From an uncultured Alphaproteobacteria bacterium (GTDB lineage Bacteria; Pseudomonadota; Alphaproteobacteria; Rhodobacterales; Rhodobacteraceae), in NCBI GenBank assembly GCA_902576905.1, contig CACGWW010000006.1, positions 1,093 through 65,092 on the forward strand: a stretch of 64,000 nucleotides of DNA. The letters run 5' to 3'. This document shows, in pieces, positions 59,133 through 64,000 of this stretch. The notes below the pieces were generated by a model that saw only the letters and a list, made by a program, of their open reading frames with translations, had not been told where the DNA came from and did not search any database. Every line of letters begins with the position of its first letter. The first letter of the stretch is position 1. A program made the translations under genes and the position numbers.

Positions 59133-59555
59133 TTAGTTTTTTGACCTAGCAACTCCAATCAGTCTCTGCAGAACTGACTTTGCCACTCGAGACAATTCCA
59201 CTTCTTCAATGTTGCCTAAATTATCGAAATTATTACCCACTACTATTAATCCCAACATTCCCATATTACCATGTGGTGTACATTGATATAAGTAAACTCC
59301 AGGCAAATCAAAAGTAATTACATGACGGACGTTTAAATCCGATTTTTCTGGAAGTGCTTCCATATTTGGTCCTGCAAGAAATTCAACATTATGGCCCTCA
59401 TTCTTTGGCAACCACTCTATAGTGTCACCAACGCCAATATTCGCAACCTCGATGCTATAAGAGTCATCTGAGGTAAACTCTATTTTTATAGTATCCGCAA
59501 CTACGACTTGCCATGATAATAAAATAAGAAAAAATAAAAAAACTAATAATCTCAT
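59133..59555 (-). CDS. Pseudoazurin-like type 1 copper protein
   Basis: Signal peptide and copper ligands in a cupredoxin arrangement (GHNVE ... YQCTPHGNMGM). Confidence 0.8.
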   Translation of the reverse strand: MRLLVFLFFLILLSWQVVVADTIKIEFTSDDSYSIEVANIGVGDTIEWLPKNEGHNVEFLAGPNMEALPEKSDLNVRHVITFDLPGVYLYQCTPHGNMGMLGLIVVGNNFDNLGNIEEVELSRVAKSVLQRLIGVARSKN

Positions 59556-59971
59556 CTTGTGTAATAAAGAATGAAGATGAAAATTATAAATATCACGTTA
59601 AGTAAATATAAGAGTACGGAGGCCGTATGCAGGCTCTTGAATCCCTTTTCTGAGTCCGGGCGACCTTCGAGCATTAAGTCCCGCATCTTATTTATTCTAG
59701 GAGTTAAGAAGTAAGTGTTAATCAAAAAACTTATTGCTATAGCTATCCCAAGTATCATTCCGGAAACAAAGTCACCTAACGAAAAGAATAAGAACATAAA
59801 CATAGAAATTAAAAAACAAAAATTAAAAAGGCGAGGAAATATGTATCTCAAGAATTTCTTAGAATGATCTTCATCGAGTGTCTTAAAGACTGCAGGCGAA
59901 GTAACTACCATGAAGGAAGTCATCGCTCCCAGAATAAGAGCGTTTAATAATAATCCTATCTCGAGGTACAT
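59552..59971 (-). CDS. DUF4149-like four-TM membrane protein
   Basis: 139 aa with four hydrophobic segments. Overlaps the pseudoazurin gene by 4 nt. The family call is from recollection. Confidence 0.55.
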   Translation of the reverse strand: MYLEIGLLLNALILGAMTSFMVVTSPAVFKTLDEDHSKKFLRYIFPRLFNFCFLISMFMFLFFSLGDFVSGMILGIAIAISFLINTYFLTPRINKMRDLMLEGRPDSEKGFKSLHTASVLLYLLNVIFIIFIFILYYTR

Positions 59972-60193
59972 GACGATGATATAGCGTTACAATCAATTAA
60001 ATCAAAGTCAATCATGTTACCATTTCTTAGAGTTTTAAAAAAAGCTCTAGATTATTCAAGAGGATTAAACATTTATTTTTTTATGCTTAAATGCTGGAGA
60101 TAAAACTCATTATACATTTCTTAACCTAAAAATTGCTAATTGCCTCACATCTTTCGTAGGCTTTTAAGCATCGATAATTTAGCATAGCAATTC

Positions 60194-60658
60194 CTAATCT
60201 CTCAAATATTTGAGACATGTATCCAGTATCTGTTTTGGTGGCACTACGATTTTTCGTTTTTCGAGATCCAAAAACCCACCATTTGATGTTATCTTAACTA
60301 CCAAACGATTTTCTCTGTCATAAATATCTAAAAGCCTCACAATTTTTCTTGTATCATTAGCGATATTGAATCTAAGATTAATCATTACCTCTTCGCCTTC
60401 AAAGACCTCTTTTTTGAACTCCATAAAGGTGTCAAAGACAATTCCACTAATTTTGTATTTACTATAGAGTTTTAAGAGACCGACTTGCTCGCATATCTTC
60501 CAATACGCAACGTTAGCAACAGTTAGATAACCCGCTTCTGATACATGCCCATTTTTGTCTATATGATCACTAGTTAATTTAATAAAAACGCTATTTAAAT
60601 TTTTTTCCAAATACGAGTTTCCGTAAGATTTAAGCAAAACAATATTATTAGATACCAA
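60194..60658 (-). CDS. Hotdog-fold thioesterase-like protein
   Basis: 154 aa. DKNGHVSEAGYL resembles the 4HBT active-site region. Confidence 0.5.
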   Translation of the reverse strand: MVSNNIVLLKSYGNSYLEKNLNSVFIKLTSDHIDKNGHVSEAGYLTVANVAYWKICEQVGLLKLYSKYKISGIVFDTFMEFKKEVFEGEEVMINLRFNIANDTRKIVRLLDIYDRENRLVVKITSNGGFLDLEKRKIVVPPKQILDTCLKYLRD

Positions 60659-60757
60659 ATAGTTCTTTTTTAGGACTATGGCAATAAATAATGCATTGGG
60701 TAGGACTTCTAATCAATCGATCTCATCCTTAAAAGCTGCAGCTACTATCTTTGAGGT

Positions 60758-60964
60758 TTAGTAAGACGAATTTGTCAGAAAAGCGATCAAACCAAACACT
60801 CCTAAGAAAATCATTGCCCATATTAGCGATTGAAGAATGAACTCCTGAAAACTTTGCCTCGCAATATAAACAATACCCCCCGAAAGCATCAAGAGTAATA
60901 AAATATAAAAAACAATACTGGGGTAATCACTGTACAAATTTTGATATCCTTTTACAAATTTCAA
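60758..60964 (-). CDS. Small two-TM membrane protein
   Basis: 68 aa with two hydrophobic segments. Its start overlaps the upstream nucleosidase stop by 4 nt. Confidence 0.5.
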   Translation of the reverse strand: MKFVKGYQNLYSDYPSIVFYILLLLMLSGGIVYIARQSFQEFILQSLIWAMIFLGVFGLIAFLTNSSY

Positions 60965-61500
60965 TCAGTTTCTAAATCTCTCATCTTTTTTATAAATAGT
61001 TTCTTACCCATAGAGATATTTTTTACCCAGTCGGCATTTGCATCTCCATCAGCATTATCAGAGATATACTTGAAACATCGAAACTTTATATCATTCAAAT
61101 AACAAATTTTTGCGATAGAGTATGCCTCCATATCGACAAGATCTGTTTTCAATTTAGGTGTAGAAGTAACAAAAGAATCTCCTGTACCACAGCTATACCC
61201 GCCAGTTCCAAACTCTATTTCTTCAATATCATCAAACGGGGTCTGACCAATTTTAAAACCTAGCGGTGAAGCATCCATATCTCTTTGAAAGAATTTAGTA
61301 ACTTCCACCAATCCCTCTAACTTTTTATTTAAACTGCCAGCGGTACCATAGTTGATTATTTGAGTTGGAGAATAGTCTTTAATAATTTCAAACGTTTTGA
61401 TTGCGGCGTTTATCTTTCCTACGCCAGTATATTGGATTTGGAAGTTGGGTAGATCATTTGAGCTGAGTTCTTCTTCGACAGCGACTAAAATTAAAACCAT
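60961..61500 (-). CDS. Short nucleoside phosphorylase/nucleosidase family protein (MTA/SAH nucleosidase-like)
   Basis: YTGVGKINAA, GTAGS, GTGDSF and DMEAYSIA motifs of the PNP_UDP_1 family. At 179 aa it is shorter than canonical MtnN. Confidence 0.65.
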   Translation of the reverse strand: MVLILVAVEEELSSNDLPNFQIQYTGVGKINAAIKTFEIIKDYSPTQIINYGTAGSLNKKLEGLVEVTKFFQRDMDASPLGFKIGQTPFDDIEEIEFGTGGYSCGTGDSFVTSTPKLKTDLVDMEAYSIAKICYLNDIKFRCFKYISDNADGDANADWVKNISMGKKLFIKKMRDLETD

Positions 61501-61909
61501 ATTATTTTAATGTTTCTTTGAAATTTTTTGAAAGATCTCACACAATGCTTAGAGAGTCCAGCTATAGATCATGTCGCCAATAAATATTTCGCAATTCAAG
61601 CGTTAAGCCCATCTAGATTATACATGCTTGAATAAACCCTTTTATTCGTTGGCTTCGTCTACTTTTTGGTTCTTACGCATTTCTTTTGCAATAAGAGTTA
61701 TTATAATTCCAGCACTTAACGCACCGAGTAATGAAAGCTTGAATAGCTTAAATTTTATAAAAGTGTGTAGCATATTTAAGATTTAGGCTGAAAAAATACT
61801 TATTCAATTGTTATTTTCTATTTTCCTCTCTGAAATTCAATTTCGCTGAATATACCTACTGCGATAAAACGTCTCTTTAAATACTATTTATCGAACTATT
61901 TCGTGGAGT

Positions 61910-61995
61910 AGTAGGAAGTCCTACTGTCATCGGAAGGGTTTGTTGGTTAGTGACATTTCCAGCCATTACCAACAAACCTTGACTGTGTTGACAGT
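61910..61995. other. Structured non-coding element with nested and mutually exclusive stems (candidate sRNA, attenuator or terminator)
   Basis: Four pairings are visible. Hairpin 61910-61915/61920-61925 is agtagg/cctact. An 11-bp perfect stem pairs 61937-61947 with 61968-61978 (ggtttgttggt/accaacaaacc) around a 20-nt loop. An outer stem pairs 61923-61929 with 61989-61995 (actgtca/tgacagt). A competing local hairpin lies at 61982-61995. Confidence 0.3.
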
Positions 61996-62176
61996 AACAA
62001 CCTTTATTATTTATATTTTCTACACAGTAATAAGTACTAGACTTTAACAATTTTTGATAAGAAAAATCCAAGCCTTTGCACTACCATAATGTCTAGAATT
62101 TAAATGATAATTGATTTCCTTACACTCGAAAAAAGTTTCTGGCTTTTCTTTCAATACCTAAAAATCAAAAAGTAAT

Positions 62177-62983
62177 CTAGTCTCTTCCATACATGTTTAT
62201 AAGGTGGGACGCCCAATTAACCACTGAAGGATTATCATTAGCGTTCAAAATAAATTCTTGACCAATACCAATACAATCCACTAAACAATTTTCTTCATCT
62301 TTCCATTTTAATCTATTACGGAATAAATTTTTGGTATCCGAAAAAAACTCTTGGGGGAAACTCCATTTCGATCGAGTTTTACCCTTTTCGGTCAATATCA
62401 ACTCTTTAGCAGTTTTTTTAAATCTACCATGCCCCTTTAGATCTTTAACACTATCGGAGAAAGTTAAATTTCTTGATGCAATATAAATAGTATTATTTTT
62501 ATATTGCGTTATATCCTTCGTGCCGTGAGGATGTGAAAGGCCATCCTTTGATAAAAAATTTAATATCTCATCGTTTCCTTTGATTATCTTTTCAACTTGT
62601 AACCACCCGAAAAGATGATGCAGATCAGGACCTCTCCGCTGATAATTCTTAAACCAACCAAAAAATAAAAAGAGATCACCCCTCTTTATACCACAATTAT
62701 CTAGTTCTCCTTGCGCACCGCCTGCTTGCCCAAAAATACCAATTTTTTCTGAAAACAGTGGATCAACATGACAAAAATCTTTATCGGATATCGATTTAGC
62801 ACCAATTAAATTCAAAATTTCTTGTCCAGCCAAATCATTGCATCGTAAATCTTTATATCTGAACGGCGACAGTTTCTTTTGAGGAATAGGAACAGAGAAA
62901 ATCTCTCCAGTTTCAAAGATAGGAGAAGCACGTCCTCCAGCGGTTGAGTCGAACCCTTTTCTGCTAATTATCAAGTTTTTCAT
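62177..62983 (-). CDS. Hypothetical protein, possibly Nmad3-like (nucleotide-modification-associated domain 3)
   Basis: 268-aa ORF. The N-terminal ISRKGFDSTAGGRASPIF...SVPIP and the central GDLFLFFGWF match my recollection of proteins annotated as the Nmad3 family. This was not verified by search. Confidence 0.45.
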   Translation of the reverse strand: MKNLIISRKGFDSTAGGRASPIFETGEIFSVPIPQKKLSPFRYKDLRCNDLAGQEILNLIGAKSISDKDFCHVDPLFSEKIGIFGQAGGAQGELDNCGIKRGDLFLFFGWFKNYQRRGPDLHHLFGWLQVEKIIKGNDEILNFLSKDGLSHPHGTKDITQYKNNTIYIASRNLTFSDSVKDLKGHGRFKKTAKELILTEKGKTRSKWSFPQEFFSDTKNLFRNRLKWKDEENCLVDCIGIGQEFILNANDNPSVVNWASHLINMYGRD

Positions 62984-62992
62984 GTCAAAAAT

Positions 62993-63676
62993 TTACAAAG
63001 GTTTTTCGATAGCATTACCGGTTTTTTTGCTCCTTACGACTTTTTGATAGCGACCCAATATGATTTCAACTACTAAGTCTGAACACATAACTTCAAAGTG
63101 GGTATGAGGAACTTCTATCAACTCCATATCTTTCCGAGATCTCATGCTCTTAATAGTACATACTCCGTCGTTTAGACCTCCGTGATAAGGTACATTTCCT
63201 TTTGTACTAACTATCTGAGTCCAATCAACTGTTAGTTTTATATTCTGAGACTCCTTTATTGGAATAGACCTCCGACCCACATCTCGAAATAATTGGTACG
63301 ATGGAACAAAAAAGCGAGCCCAGTCCGCTGTCCAACTTCCTGCGAAAGGAGTACTAATACTTACTGCACCTGCAACGTCCACATGCTTGGTTAAATGTAG
63401 AGCGTAAAGACCTCCCAAACTATGTCCGATCATAAAATATGGACCTTTTACTTTGAGAATATCATTACAAAGCATCTCTAAATTATCTTCAAATTTATGC
63501 GAAGTATCGTACTCAACTACCAACTCGTTTTTAAACTTAGTCAATGACCTTAAGTATTTGAATGATAGTCCAGATTGGTTCGCGCCATGTACCCAAATAA
63601 CCGTAAGTTCATCAGAGCCGGCCTTATTAATTCTTCGTTTTAGAGGGTCAACCCACCTTTTTATTAAATTCATCAT
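62993..63676 (-). CDS. Minimal alpha/beta hydrolase (small lipase/esterase-like)
   Basis: 227 aa with an oxyanion region VIWVHGANQSG and a nucleophile elbow GHSLGG. Candidate Asp (LNDGVC) and His (PHTHFE) complete the triad. Lies 9 nt upstream of the next gene. Confidence 0.75.
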   Translation of the reverse strand: MMNLIKRWVDPLKRRINKAGSDELTVIWVHGANQSGLSFKYLRSLTKFKNELVVEYDTSHKFEDNLEMLCNDILKVKGPYFMIGHSLGGLYALHLTKHVDVAGAVSISTPFAGSWTADWARFFVPSYQLFRDVGRRSIPIKESQNIKLTVDWTQIVSTKGNVPYHGGLNDGVCTIKSMRSRKDMELIEVPHTHFEVMCSDLVVEIILGRYQKVVRSKKTGNAIEKPL

Positions 63677-63705
63677 TCTTAATTGTACCAGAAATACATA
63701 CCAGC

Positions 63706-63750
63706 AGAAATATCGTAGAACGCTTTATTAAGAATGTTTATGATATTTCT
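63706..63750. promoter_or_regulatory. 9-bp perfect inverted repeat in a divergent intergenic region (candidate operator)
   Basis: AGAAATATC (63706-63714) and GATATTTCT (63742-63750) are separated by 27 nt, upstream of the hydrolase/Nmad3-like operon. Confidence 0.25.
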
Positions 63751-63882
63751 ACTTAATTAAAACTTTCTAAAACTTATGCAGCCCAATGTTAACCTGTGAC
63801 AGATCGAGCAGTTATGGACAATTCTATATTTCTATATATCTCATTTAATATCATATTGTTGATTAAGAAAAGGAGTTTTGAT

Positions 63883-64000
63883 TTGAGGATAGTAACATCA
63901 ATAATTAGCGTTTTCATAGCTCTCTTATTTTTAGGCTCCTTTGCCAAAGCACAGACTGAAAAATTGGATAATCTTGCAGCATGCGCCGGAGTAGTAATAG
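63883..64000 (+). CDS. Hypothetical secreted protein, 3' truncated by the window edge
   Basis: AAGGAG lies 7 nt upstream of a TTG start. The signal-peptide-like (M)RIVTSIISVFIALLFLGSFAKAQ follows, and the frame is open to the window end. Confidence 0.45.
   Translation, partial: MRIVTSIISVFIALLFLGSFAKAQTEKLDNLAACAGVVI

Noticed and set aside
61642-61773. A 43-aa minus-strand ORF (MLHTFIKFKLFKLSLLGALSAGIIITLIAKEMRKNQKVDEANE) in the long spacer.
   Set aside because: No Shine-Dalgarno lies upstream, and I cannot see any conservation evidence. I kept it only as a remote possibility.
61910-61995. The idea that the nested inverted repeats are an integron attC site or a mobile-element end.
   Set aside because: No integrase or transposase is present in the window. 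The terminal sequences do not fit the RYYYAAC / GTTRRRY core sites, and there is no second copy of the repeat.
61877-62071. A 64-aa ORF (TTG start) in the long spacer, with a Cys-containing middle (YYCVENINNKGCYCQ). I considered it as a possible small peptide or RiPP precursor.
   Set aside because: It has no Shine-Dalgarno and a TTG start. It is largely built from the stem-loop sequences at 61910-61995. There is no adjacent maturation or transport gene. A non-coding structural explanation is more economical.
1-64000. A search by eye for tRNA/rRNA/tmRNA genes, CRISPR repeat arrays, IS elements, integrases, prophage genes and toxin-antitoxin pairs.
   Set aside because: Nearly all sequence is accounted for by protein-coding genes. 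The remaining spacers contain no T-loop-like GTTCRANYC motifs, no regularly spaced direct repeats and no transposase or integrase-like ORFs. A computational scan (tRNAscan-SE, Infernal, minced) would be needed to be definitive.

Overview
This is a 64 kb window of low-GC, very gene-dense bacterial chromosome. I count about 75 protein-coding genes. Many adjacent genes overlap by 1-17 nt, and most spacers are under 100 nt. I found no rRNA, tRNA, CRISPR array, transposase or integrase by eye. The conserved block ruvCAB-ybgC-tolQRA-tolB-pal-cpoB-tilS-ftsH plus hisS-hisZ-hisG, together with the compaction and a DmdA-like gene, fits a streamlined marine alphaproteobacterium (SAR11/Pelagibacterales-like). 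That assignment is inference only.

Layout:
- 1-19.8 kb is mostly metabolic. It holds an acyl-CoA carboxyltransferase, MOSC and AidB-like ACAD; a selenium pair (selU plus an FAD-oxidoreductase::SelD fusion); an ACAD/AMACR-like/nitroreductase/MeaB operon; a cobalt-type nitrile hydratase operon co-transcribed with aroQ; and a DmdA-like aminomethyltransferase.
- 19.8-41.3 kb is conserved housekeeping: rimO, ftsH, tilS, tol-pal, ruvCAB, prmA, msrA, rpsD, hisGZS and dnaE.
- 41.4-64 kb is an accessory-like mosaic of short operons and single genes.

Items most worth a second look:
1. A two-gene cassette at the right end (minimal alpha/beta hydrolase plus a possible Nmad3-like protein). It sits next to the longest non-coding spacer in the window, which carries an ~86-nt element with mutually exclusive hairpins.
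2. A photolyase-homology protein whose domain order looks circularly permuted.
3. A co-directional gene set containing a plant-type SABATH carboxyl-methyltransferase homologue.
4. A ruvB whose conserved C-terminus has been moved out of frame by an apparent internal deletion.
5. Several sub-60-aa hydrophobic ORFs with good Shine-Dalgarno sequences that the ORF track misses.

All family assignments come from motif recognition by eye, not from database searches.
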